A stretch of 64,000 bases of DNA, from positions 84,942,001-85,006,000 of the forward strand of contig NC_086108.1 in NCBI RefSeq assembly GCF_963921235.1, written 5' to 3'. The notes below the pieces were generated by a model, which had not been told where the DNA came from, did no database searches, and saw only the letters and a program-made list of their open reading frames with translations. A program made the translations under genes and the position numbers. Source of the stretch: Mobula hypostoma. Taxonomy: Eukaryota. The stretch's first letter is position 1. The number at the start of each line of letters is the position of its first letter. Shown one piece after another: positions 24,451 through 36,299 of this stretch.

Positions 24451-25859
24451 AGAGGTAATGGGTCTGAATTGTGACAGCGACTTTAGCAAAGAGGAAGCTT
24501 TGACAAGTCAGTAAAGCATCAGTCCCAGCTCTGTCCTCCGTGCAATTTATTGGCTATTGTCTCTGACATTTATAAATAATTAAAATGTGAATAAATTGAA
24601 AATTTACAATATTAAAATTTTAAAAAGTAAATTGTTCTGTTCCTCACCTTGCTGTTTTGAAAACAAGTAGATAAATTTGGAAGAAAATACATGCCACAGC
24701 AATAATTTCAGTCAACGTTTGAATTGGATAGGCATTTATTATGTGGGTAAAACTGCTTTATTTAACTCAAACTGTAATTATAGGACAAAAAGAATGCAAG
24801 TGTAAAGCTAAAGCAAGATTACATAGAAATACTCTCCATGCAATGCTGACATTACCATTATTCTTTAAAAATATTCAGATGCAAACACACACACTGAAAT
24901 CATTGAAGATGGATAAAAAAAAATTGTAGTTGAAAAGCCACTGATGTAATGTCTGAATTAATAAGAACATAATGACAATATAATAGCAGGTGAAGACCAT
25001 TAACTGCCTCATGCTTCCTCTGCCATTCAATAGCATTATGGCTTATCTTCCACCTCAGTGCCACTATCTTGCATTAACCCCATATCTTTTTAATTCATTT
25101 AATATCTAAAAATGCATTGATCTCTTCCTTGGTTTGAACCTAAGGTTTCATCAAGTCCAGTATTTCAAATGTGCCCTTCAGTGGAGTTCCTTTCATGCCC
25201 AGGAGTGGGGGTGGGGGGGGGGAGGGAGGGAAAGAGATAAGAACATTAACTGTTTATACAATATCTGGTAATGAAGGATCCAGAATTATCTTTAATTAAA
25301 CAATAGTAATGCTAAAACCATTAATCTCAGCCATGTCACAAATTGCTACAGAATCCATCTCCCTCCTTTGCCACTTTTTAAAACCTTAGTATCTTAATTT
25401 ACCAAGCTGAATAACTGATTTCAAATTTCTGCGCGACAAAAAAAAACTGCCTATTTCCACCTTATCATCTGTCTCAGCCATCTGCTGTCAAAACCCTCAT
25501 TCATAGATATGTCACTGTATTAAAGTGCAGTAGTCCTCTGGCAGGCTTTCTATTTTCCTCTTTCAATATTTTTTTTATTCAAGTGATTTTTATTCAAGAT
25601 TGTTTAATGTCATTTCCAGTACACAAGGGTAAAGGAGAACAAAATAATTGTTACTCCAGATCCTATACAGCACAAAAATAACTCAGTAAGATAAAGAACA
25701 CTTTAATAATAACACCACAACAGATACAAATGCATAGGATAGCTTCTATAGACTGATTGTATGTCCATAAAGTGACGTGAGACTGAGAAGTGTCTGTAGA
25801 TGCAGTGTGTAGTGAGACTACGAAGAGGACGGGCAGATGAAAGGACAAAATTCCACTTT

Positions 25860-26838
25860 ATTAGGATTTTCAGAAGACCACTGACAAGTTGATGCACATG
25901 AGGCTGCTTAACAAGACAACCCATAGTATGACATGAAAGATGGATAGACAATTTGCTGACTAGCAGGGGGCAAAGAGTGGGAACACAAGGGTCCTTTCCG
26001 AGTTGGCTACCAGTGACCACTGTGTTCCTCAGGGATCGGTGTTGGGACTGCTTTTTTTCACATTATATGTCAATGATTTGCATAATGGATTTGATGGCTT
26101 TGTGGCCAAGTTTGTGGATGACACGAAGATGGGGGAGGGGAAGGCAGAGTTGAGGAAGCAGAGAGTCTGCAGAAGAATTTAGACACATTGGAAGAACGGG
26201 CAAAGAAGTGGCAGATGGAATATAGTGTAGGGAAGTGTATGGTAATACACTTTTGTACACTATTTTCTAAACGGAAAAAATTCAAAAATCAGAGCTGCAA
26301 AGGGACTTGGGAGCCCTTGTGCAGGATTCACTAAAGGTTAACCTGCAGGTTGAGTTTGTGGTAAGGAAGGCAAATGAAATGTTAGCTATTCAGTTCGAGA
26401 GGACTAGAATATGAAAAAGGATGTAATGCTGATGCTTTATAAGCAATGGTCAGACCACACTTGGGAGTATTGTGAGCAGTTTTGAAGAGGGCCAGAGGAA
26501 GTTTACGAGAATGATTCTGGGAATGAAAGGGTTAACTTATCAGTAGCATTTATTAGTTCTGGGCCTGTACTGGCTGGAGTTCAGAAGAATGGGAGGGGGT
26601 GGGGGGGGGGAAGAGATCTCATTGAAACCTAATGAATACTGAAAGGCATAGATAGAGTGGATGTGGAGAGGATGTTTCTTATAGTGGGTGAGTTTAGGAC
26701 CAGAGTGTAGGTTTCTGATGAGTCATGGTGTCAAAGGTTACAGGGAAAAGGCTGGAGAATGGGATCAAGGAGGAGAATAATCCAGCTATGATGGAATGGC
26801 AGAGTAGAATTCATGGTCCAAATTCTGCTCCTGTGTCT
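25860..26838 (+). mobile_element. CR1 RT 3' fragment
   Basis: VPQGSVLG, YVNDL, AKFVDDTK, WQMEYSVGKC remnants and CR1 3' UTR. Confidence 0.85.
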
Positions 26839-26839
26839 T

Positions 26840-27495
26840 ACAGTTTTACATATGGTGACTGACAGGAAATGATAAAGTAGTGATGTGAAAGGGTGGCTTT
26901 GTGGGTGGGGGTTTTGATCAACCTTATTTCTTGGGGAATGTAGCTGTTTTGGAGTCTGGTGGTTCTAGTGTGGATGCTACATAGCCTCCTCCCTGCTGGG
27001 AGTGAGACAAACAATCTATGAGCAGGGTAAGTGGGATCCTTCATGATGTTACTGGCCCTTCTCCAGCACCCTTAAGTTTACATTTTCTTGATGGTGGGTA
27101 GGCTGGTGCCGGTGATGCATTGGACAGTTTTCACTGCCCATTGTAAAGCCTTCCTGCCTGCTATAGTGCAGCTTCCATACCATGCAGTGATGTAGCTTGT
27201 TAGGATGCTCTCTACTGCACATCATGACATGAGTATAGATGTGCATAGTCCAGCTGTCTGTAACCTCCTCGGAAAGCAGAGCGTTGGTGAGCTGTCCTGA
27301 GTGTGTTGAATATGTTCTGTGACTATTAGAGGTTGTGCAACAAGTGTACTCCCAGGAGTTTGAAACTCCTTGTAGTTCCCCATCATGCCACCAATGAAAA
27401 GAGGGGCATGAGTGACGCCAGTTTTCCTGAAGTCAACAACCATCTTGTCTTTTTGACATCAAGGAAGAAGTTAATTGCCTGGCACCAGGCCATCT
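26840..27495 (-). mobile_element. Rex1/Babar LINE 3' fragment
   Basis: MVVDFRK, KDPTYPAHRLFVSLPAGRRLCSIHTRTTRLQNSY. Confidence 0.8.
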
Positions 27496-28437
27496 ACAAC
27501 ATCTCAAATTCTACAGTTAAATATCCCAAAAAGCAGTCCATCACGTCAATGTTCTCTGGGCCATTATTCAGTTGCTAAAATTTTCATCTAATGTTCCCTT
27601 TTCCCAGCAAATATTTCCTCAATTCTTTTGCCTCAACAGTGTATACTTATACATGGCTACAAACATTCAAGAACTCTATTCTTCCAGCTTTAACCACTCA
27701 CGCATTCCCCACTTCTTTTGCCCCTCTATTTACAGTCAAGCCATAGCCTGGAATTTTCAATATCCCCATCTCCACTGAATAAAACAGACGAAGGAGCCAA
27801 GCAAGTGTGAAACCCCTGCAGGATGAGCAGAGGAACTGATAACAGGAACAAGGAAATGGCAGATAAATTAGGAAGTAAAAGCTAGTCATTAAGAAAAGCT
27901 TAATGTGACCAAATCAAGTCAAAATGGTATCATCACACCGGCCAAATATAATAGAGTTCTTCAAAGAGATAACAAGTAGAGTCAACAGAAGGCATTTGAT
28001 GGGTGCTACATGTAAGGCTGATACATACAGATGTTGGCACAGACTGAATGGGCCGAAGGGCATGTTTCTGTGCTACAGTGTTCTGTGCAATAAGAGGTCA
28101 AGATATGAGAGGAAATGTCTTAGCATGGTCTGAAAACTAGCTATTGCATTAGAGTCAGAATATACTCATTGGCCGCTTTATAAGGTACCTCCTGTACCTG
28201 ATCAATTGGCTACTGCGTGTGTGTTTATGGTCTTCTGCTACTATATTGCCCTCTGACCTCATTCATTTTCAAGGCATTTTCACTCACAGAACTGCTGCTC
28301 ATTGGATTTTTTTTTGCTGTTTCTCACAAGTTTTTCTGTAAGCCTTAGAGAGTGTTGTGCATGAAAATCCCAGAAATCAGCAGTTTCTGCGATACTCAAT
28401 GGTCCCCATCTGGTACCAACAGTCATTCTATGGTCAA

Positions 28438-28670
28438 CAAACAAGAGAAAATCTGCAGATGCAGAAAATCCAAGCAACACACACAAAGTGCTGGAGGAAC
28501 TCAGCAGCTGGGCAGCATCTATCGAAAAGAGTACAGTCGACATTTCAAGCCAAGACCTTTCACAAGTCCAAATGTAGGGTCTCGGCCTGAAATATCAACT
28601 GTTTACAGGTACTCTTTCCCCTAGATGCTGCCCGGCCTGCTGAGTTCCTCCAGCATTTTTGTGTGTATTG
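28438..28670. mobile_element. 233 bp Penelope-derived hairpin element with perfect 13 bp TSD
   Basis: TSD attctatggtcaa at 28425-28437 and 28671-28683. Two inverted pseudo-LTR ends joined at a degenerate hammerhead. Confidence 0.85.
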
Positions 28671-28808
28671 ATTCTATGGTCAAAGTCACTTGGACCACAT
28701 TTCTTCCCCATCCTGATGTCTGGTCTGAACAACTGAACCTCTTGATCATATCTTCATATCTTTATGCATTGAATTGCTACCACGATTTGCAGATTAGATA
28801 TTGCATTA

Positions 28809-28945
28809 CAGACAAGAGAAAATCTGTAGATGCTGGAAATCAAAGTAATATACACAAAATGATGGAGGAAACCAGCAGGCCAGGCAGCAGCTATGGAAAA
28901 GAGTAAGCAGCCAACATTTCGGGCCCAGACCCTTGATCAGGATTC
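28809..28945 (-). mobile_element. Short Penelope pseudo-LTR tail insertion with ~12 bp TSD
   Basis: Flanks gatattgcatta and gatatttgcatta. Body runs from the hammerhead 5' stem to the full tail. Confidence 0.7.
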
Positions 28946-30394
28946 GATATTTGCATTAACAAGCAGGTGTAAAAGTGTACCTAATAAAATGGTCACTGAG
29001 TGTATACAGCACAGGATTCTGGTCATGTTAATAGTGGAGAAGGTAATCATGGGCAATGGCAGAAGGAACCTTCGAATGTGTTGGTGATGCATTTTGAGAA
29101 GACTAAAATTGGTGGAATATATGCAGGTAATGAAAGGACATAGAAATAGCATAGAGACCTTGGTGTACTAATTCAAGGATCTTTGAAGATGACAGTTTTG
29201 GTAAATAAGGTGATTTGCCTTCCTACTTGTTGTACTTAACTTGTGAGTCATGCACAAGAACATGACGATCCAACTGTACTGCACTGATTTGCAATTTCTC
29301 CGCATTTAAATAATAATCTCCCTTTAGATTCCTTTTGCTGCAGAGCATGACCTCACACTTTCTCACATTAAACTCTGCTTGCCAAGTTTTCACCCACTCG
29401 CTCATTCTATCCATATCCTGTTGCAGAGTTCAAATATGCTCATTGAAATATGCCCTCCCAATTATTTGTGTGACATAGGCAGATTTGGATACTTTATACT
29501 CTGTCCCCACATCCAGGTCATGAATATAAATAGCAAAATAATTGAAAGCCAAGAGCTTTTATTTGAGAGCTCCACAGGTCAGATCCTTTCTTCCTGCAAA
29601 TGACCCCTTTACACAGTGGCTATTTTATTAGGTACACCTGCTTTTAATACAAATATTTAATCAGCCAATCATGTGGCAGCAACTCAATGCACAAAATCAT
29701 GCAGACATGGTCAAGAGGTTCAGTTGCTGCTCAGACCAAAAATCAGATTGGGGAGGAAATATGATCTAAGTGAATTTGACCATGGAATGATTGATGATGC
29801 CAGGTGGGGTGGCTTTGACTATCTGAGAAACTAATGATCTCTGGTGATTTTCACTCACTACAGTCTCTAGTTTATAGAGAATGGCATGGAAAAGCAAAAA
29901 AAAATCCAGCAAGCAGTAGTTCTGTGGCTTTGTTAATGAGTGGGGTCAGAGGAGAATGGACAGACTGAGAAATGCCACATTTGGATCATAGTTCATTTAC
30001 AATACTGACCAAGGCCTGGATATGATTATAATGAAAAAATGAAATTATGCAATCAAACATCTTGAATGAATATGCTTTGAAGATATCAAATGTAGTCTAT
30101 CCCTGATAATTTGAAGCCTCTGATAATCTTAGTAACATAACTCAAAATGAGAGCCTGAGTATGAATTGTTCAGCATTCACTTATCTGATAAATTCACTTC
30201 ATTATAAATGAATAAAAAGAATGGGGATTAGGCCTTATGTGACCCAGGTTTCTGGCTAGCATGATCACAAGTGAAGAGTCTGAAATTTTCTTTCTTCTTC
30301 TTTGCAGCTTGAGTTTTAGCTTAACATATGTTTTTCCAAGGGAAAATCAAAAAATTCCCTAGAAAAATCTGTTTCCCATACACCAAGTTACTCT

Positions 30395-33200
30395 AAGAAA
30401 TAGGAGCAGAATTAGGCCATTAGACCCAACCAATCTTCTTCAACATTCCATCATGACAGATGCATTGTTCCCCTCAAACCTATTCTCATGCCTTCTCCCC
30501 GTACTCTTTAACAGCCTAGTTTATCAGGAACCTATCAAACTCTGTCTGAAACATGCACAATGACTTGCACTGCACAGCTATCAGTGGCAAGAAATGCCAC
30601 AGATCCACCACCCTCTGGCTAAAGAATTTTTTTTCCTCATCCCTGTTCTAAATGGACATCCCTCTATTCTGAGGCTCTGCTCTTTGGCCCTAGACTCCCC
30701 CTTTAAAGAAAACATCCTCTCCACATCCACTATGGTTAGGCTTTCAATATTCAATAGATTTCAATGACATCCCTTCTCATTCTTCCAAACTCCAGCAAGT
30801 ACAGGCCCAGAGGCAAATGCTCCTCATATGTTGGCCCTTTCATTCCTAAAATTGCTCTTGTGAACCTTCTCTGGACCCTCTCCAATGCCAACACATCGTT
30901 TCTGAGATAAGGTGCCCAAAACTGATCAGAATACTCCAAGTGCAGTCTGGCTAATTCCTTATAAATCTGCAGCATGACATCCTTGCTTTTGCATTATAGT
31001 CTTCTCAAAATGAACGCTGACATTACATTTGCCTTCCTCACCACAGACTCGAGCTCCAAGTCAACCTTTACAGAGTCCTGCATGAGGATTCCCAAATCCC
31101 CTTGGAAATCAGCACAGGTGCACCACAAGACTATGTTCTTAGCCCCCTGCTCTACTTGCTTTACATTTATAACTGTGTGGCTAAGCACAGACTCAATGCT
31201 ATATTCAAGTTTGTTGAGGAGAACACTGTTGGATGACGAATCAAAGGTGGTGACATATCAGTATATATGATGGAGATTGAAAATTTGGACGAATGGTGCC
31301 ATAACAACAGCCTTTTACTCAATGTCAGCAAGACCAAGGAGCTGACTACTGACTTCAAGAAGAAGAAACCAGATGTCCATGAGCCCGTCCTAATTGGAGG
31401 AGCAGAGGTGGAGAATGTCAGCAACTTTAAATTCCTCAGTGTTGTTATTTCAGGGAACCTGTCCCTGACTCAGCACACAAGGATGATTACGAAGAAAGCA
31501 TAGCAGTGCCTCTACTTCCTTAGGAGTTTGTGAAGATTCAGCATGACTTCTAAAACCTTGGCAAACCTATAGATGTGTGGAGAGTATAATGACTGTCTAC
31601 ATCACAGCCTGGTATGGAAACAACAATGCTCTTCAACAGAAAATCCTAAAAAAGTAGTGGATATGGCCCAGTCCATCATAGGTAAAGCCCTCCCACCACT
31701 GAGCACATCTACAAGAAGTGGTGTTGCAGGAAAGCAGCATCCATCATCTGGGAACACCACTACCCAGGACCTGCTCTCTTCTTGCTGCTACCATCAGGAA
31801 GGTATAGGAGCATCAGGACTCAATCACCAGGTTAAGGAACAGTTATTAACCCTCAACCATTAGGCCCTGGTACCAAAGGGGATAACTTCACTTGCCCCAT
31901 CATCATAAAGATCCCACAACCTATGGATTCACTTTCAAGGACTCTTCATCTCATGTTCCATTTTTTAATGCTTATTTATTTATTATTATTTCTTTCTTTT
32001 TGTATTTGCAGTTTGTTGTCTTTTGTACACTAGATGAACAAAAGACAAATGGTCTTTCATTATGGTAATTATATTATGGATTTATTGAGAATGCCCACAA
32101 GAAAATGAATCTCAGAGTTGTGTATGGTGACATATATGTACTTAGATAATAAATTTACTTCGAACATCTGGATTTTGAATATTTTCCCGCCATTTAGAAA
32201 ATAGTCCATGTCTTTATTCCTTCTACCAAAGTGCATGACCACGCACTTTCCTGCACTACATTCCATCTGCCACTTCTTTGCCCATTCTCCCAATCTGGCT
32301 AAGTCCTGAAGGTCCTGCTTTTCAGCTTTCTAACCTAACTCCCTATTTTCTCTCTTTAGGACATTCTCCCTCTTCCTACCTATATCATTTGTATCAATAT
32401 GTACCATGACTTCTGGCTGCTCACCGTCCCTATTTAGAATGCTGTGGACCTGACCTGAGACATCCCTGACCTCGGCACCTAGGAGACACCATGCTATCTG
32501 GGTGGCTCTGTCATGTCCACAGAATCTCCTGTCTGCTGCTCTAACCACAGAATCTCCTATCACTACTGCATTCTCTTCTCCCCAACTTCCTTTCTGAGCC
32601 ACAGAGCGAGACCTGGTGCCAGAAAGCTGGTTGCTGTGGCTTTCCCTGCTAGGTTGTTCTCCAGCCCACTTCACAGCATACAAAACGGTATATGTATTGA
32701 AGGGAATAGCCACAGGGGTACTCTTCACTGGTTGCCTACCCCCCTAATTGATCCTGACTATCACACAGGTACCTGCCTCCTGCAACTTAGGGGTGATTAC
32801 CTCTCTGTAGCTCCGATCTATCACCTCCTCATTTTCTATATGAGCCGAAGGTCATCCAGCTGCAGCTCCAGTTCCTTAAGACGGTCTCTAAAGAGTTCCA
32901 ATTCGGTGCACTTCATACAGATGAAGTTATCAGGGAGACTGGGGTCTCCCAAAGTTCCCACATCTCACACAAGGAATATAACACAAATTCTGGACTCATT
33001 CTCAGCGCACTAGCTACGTACTAACAGAAAAAAGCAGCTTACTAGAAACGTACTTAGAAACTTCACCCTGCTTGCCCAAGCCTGTTGAGCCGTAGCCTGG
33101 CCAGTCTAACACTGTCTGTTCCCACAATGGCTTCTCTACTTACACGTTGGTTCTTTTCATTGGCCCCTGCCATGTGCCCAATGGATCACTGCATCCTGCT
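30395..33200 (-). mobile_element. Internally deleted CR1 (ORF1 esterase remnant ~32320-33010 fused to RT 3' part), interrupted by Rex1
   Basis: VVIGDSVVRAADRRFCG, VHIDTNDIG, WQMECSAGKC, LARLHLEYSDQFWAP. Confidence 0.85.
31104..32165 (+). mobile_element. Rex1/Babar LINE 3' fragment nested in CR1
   Basis: WCHNNSLLLNVSKTKELTTDFKK, VSNFKFL; tail gataataaatttactt. Confidence 0.85.
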
Positions 33201-34499
33201 CTTTAACTATCTTCAATCTATTAAGACTTAGGTACTTAATCAATATTACAGGATTATCTGGAGCACCTCAACTGCAAAACAGATTCATTCAGTGAACAAT
33301 TAAGTCATGCAGATCAGGTGAAAATCAGATTCAAAGTATATTACCAGATTAAACAGCCACTGCTTCTTTGCCACACCCATAACTGGGCAAGTAGCTTAAA
33401 TTTATTTTGAGATTACCTAACTATATAAGGCTAATCGAAGAAACCAGTAGGATTGCTACAGGAGTAAGTAAATAAACAGCAAGGGATCACCACTGTAACT
33501 GTAACTCAGAGACCCCACAACAAGTGTGCTTATATTGAGCTAAGATAGAAATGGAAGTTTATCCATCATGTCACCCTGGATCCAAAGGCAGCTCATGCAC
33601 GACATAGGATTGAGATTTCTACCACAAATCCACATTATGTATTGCCACTGGTTCAGGTTAATCAGGGTTAATTATTTTGTTAAACTGTATTTTCCCTAAC
33701 CTCTCCTGGACATTCCCCATAATGTTTCCATTTTCTACCTTTCTTACCTAAAAGCCAGGTTTCTTTCAATACCCTATGTGACATACAGAAATAAACAGGA
33801 GCCTATAGAGAAAGGAAAAGAGGGAAGCAAGAGAGAGGAGGGTGAAGCAGGAAAGAGCCCAAGGAAAACAAAAAAAATAGCAGAGTATAGCAGAGATCAG
33901 AGCAATGAAGGAAGACAGAACAGTTAGAGGAGGAAACCCAGACAAAATAGCATAGAAACTACATAAAATGCTGCACCAGAAAATAAAATCCAGAGAAGAG
34001 AATTAACTTGAGACAGAGATGTGCATGCACGTACATTTAAATGTACGTCTATGATTATATTGATTAGGTGGTGGGGGGAAGCACAGGGGAGGGGAAAACC
34101 ATGAATCATCTATAGAAGGCAATAAAATGGAAGAATGACAGATCACAAGGAGTTACAGATAACAAAGGCAAGAAATCAAGAGAAACACACTAGGGGAAAA
34201 TAAAAGGATGCAAGTTGAGTTAGAGACATAGAAGTGGGAGTAAATGAATGCATATTTTGGAGAGAAACATTTGTAACAGAACAACAGCAGAGAGTCAGAA
34301 CAAATAAAAGAACATAAAAAATATGAAATGCAAGAGGCTGGGTGGCCTTTCATGCTTACTCTGCAATTCAGTAAAGCAAAAGCTCAACAATGAACTTAAT
34401 ACCAATAACCTGTATTACCCCGTACATCACAACCCCCTTTAATATCTAAATCAGTTACTGAGTTTCACAACTAGGTTCTGAAATTTCATTTCTGTCATA

Positions 34500-35632
34500 A
34501 ATGCCTGGCAGGAGGCAAAGAGTCAAAATAAAGAGGGCCAATTCTAGTTGGCTGCCAGTGACAAATGGTGTTCCGAAGGGGTCAGTATCAGAAGTGCTTT
34601 TCACATATACGGCAACAATTTGGATAGCTTTGTGGCCAAGTTTTCAGGCCATACAAAAATAGGTGGAGGGCAGGTAGTGTTGAAGAAGCAGCGAGTGGAC
34701 TTGGACATTGGGAGAATGGGGAAAGAAGCAGCAGGTGGAATATAGAGTAGGGCAAACACGAGGAAATCTGCAGATGCTGGAATTTCAAGCAACACACATA
34801 AAGGTTGCTGGTGTAGTGTAGGGAACTGTTTGGCCATGCACTTTGGTAGAAGGAATGAAGGCACTGAATATTTTCTAAATAGGGAGAAAATTCAAAACTC
34901 AGAGGTGCAAAGGGTCTTAGGAGTCCTCATGCAGGATACCCTGAAGGTTAACTTGCAGGTTGAGTCAGTGGTAAGGAAGGCAAATGCAATGTTAGCATAT
35001 ATTTTGAGAGGGCAAGAATACAAGAGCAAGGATGGAATGCTGAAGCTTTTTAAGGCATCAATCAGACCGCACAGAGTATTGTGAGCAGTTTTGGGCCCCT
35101 GATGTAAGAAAAGATGTGCTGGCATTAGAGAGGATCCAGAGGATGTTCATGAGAATGATTCTGGGAATGAAAGGTTTGATATGTCTTTTATAGCTCTAGG
35201 CCTGTATTCACCAGTTTATAAGAATTGGGGGGGGGGGGCGCAGGGAGAGGAGGGAAACCTCATTGAAACCCACCAAATACTGAAAGGCCTAGACAGAGTG
35301 AATATGGAGAGGATGTTTGCTATAGTGGGTGAGTCTAGAATCAGAGGACACAGCCTCAGAAGAGGTCCATTTAGAACAGAGATAAGGAGGAATTTCTTTA
35401 GCCAAAGGGTGTTGAATCTGTGGAATTCGCTGCCACAGACGGCTGTGGAGGCCAAGTCATTGATGCCGTGACTAACCAAGAACGTGTCAAACTCCGTTTT
35501 AAATATACTCAAAGGTTATGGGCAGAAGGCAGGAGAATGGGGTTGAGACAGTAATAAATTAGCCATGACAGAATGGCAGAGCAAACTCAATGGGCTGAGT
35601 GGCCTAATTCTGCTCCTATGCCTTACTGTCTA
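34500..35632 (+). mobile_element. CR1 3' fragment with a 61 bp Penelope-tail insertion (34753-34813, ~10 bp TSD)
   Basis: MHFGRRN...LGVLMQDTLKV, RRNFFSQRVLNLWNSLP. TSD tagagtaggg and tagtgtaggg. Confidence 0.85.
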
Positions 35633-36299
35633 AATTGAATACAGGAGTAAAGATTGTAAATGACATTGTAACACTTCAATAGAGCATTTTGAGGAATGAT
35701 GGGTTTGTCTTATGAGGAAATTTAGAATAGAGCAGGCCTCTATTCTCTAGGATTAAAAGAAGTTCTCTATGAAGCTTTAATAAATTTGACAGAGTGATAA
35801 TGAGAAGTCCTGGACCAGGGGATACAGTCTCAGAATAGGGGTTGAATAGAAAGAAATTGCTTCATGTAATAGTCTGGAACCTCTGGATTTCTGTGTCTCC
35901 AGATACTATAGAGGCTCAATCATTGAGTTCATTCAAAAGAGATTAACAGATTGCTGGATATTGAAGAAATTTTGGGATATAGGCTTTATAATAGCTTTAT
36001 TGAGTCATAGAGAGGGGAAACAGGCATATTAACTTTCAGTGATGTGTGTGTAAGGATTCCCTCCCCAATCAATGGTATAATCTCTCACCATTTAAAAAAG
36101 TGGAGACACAAGTGATTGCAGCTGTAGGACTGCACTGAAAGAAATTGATTAAAAAACTTTCTACTTTTTGTGATCAAAATGTACGACGTTACTGAAGGGC
36201 TAGGCAGAATAAGTTACTATCTTCCCCGACCACCCCATCACCACCAACCTCCCATTTTAAAAACATTGTTGGGAGATGATGGAAAACTAATATTCACAA

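Larger units (their letters stand above)
28163..29002. mobile_element. Non-autonomous Tc1-family element (TA TSD) carrying two Penelope-tail insertions; partial second copy at ~29611-29970
   Basis: TA|tACTCAtTGGCCgCTTTATaAGGTAC ... GTACCTAATAAAATGGTCACTGAGTG|TA. Confidence 0.75.

Noticed and set aside
24640..24745. Hydrophobic minus-strand stretch (IIAVACIFFQIYLLVFKTA) ending at AG|GTGAGG, considered as the PTPRF signal-peptide exon
   Set aside because: The donor is phase 2 in that frame, but phase 1 is required. No nearby in-frame ATG, and the phase-1 frame has a stop.
33924..34109. ORF with a hydrophobic C-terminus (LLWILFSGAAFYVVSMLFCLGFLL)
   Set aside because: Artefact of an A/G-rich low-complexity plus strand. 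No splice donor or recognisable homology.
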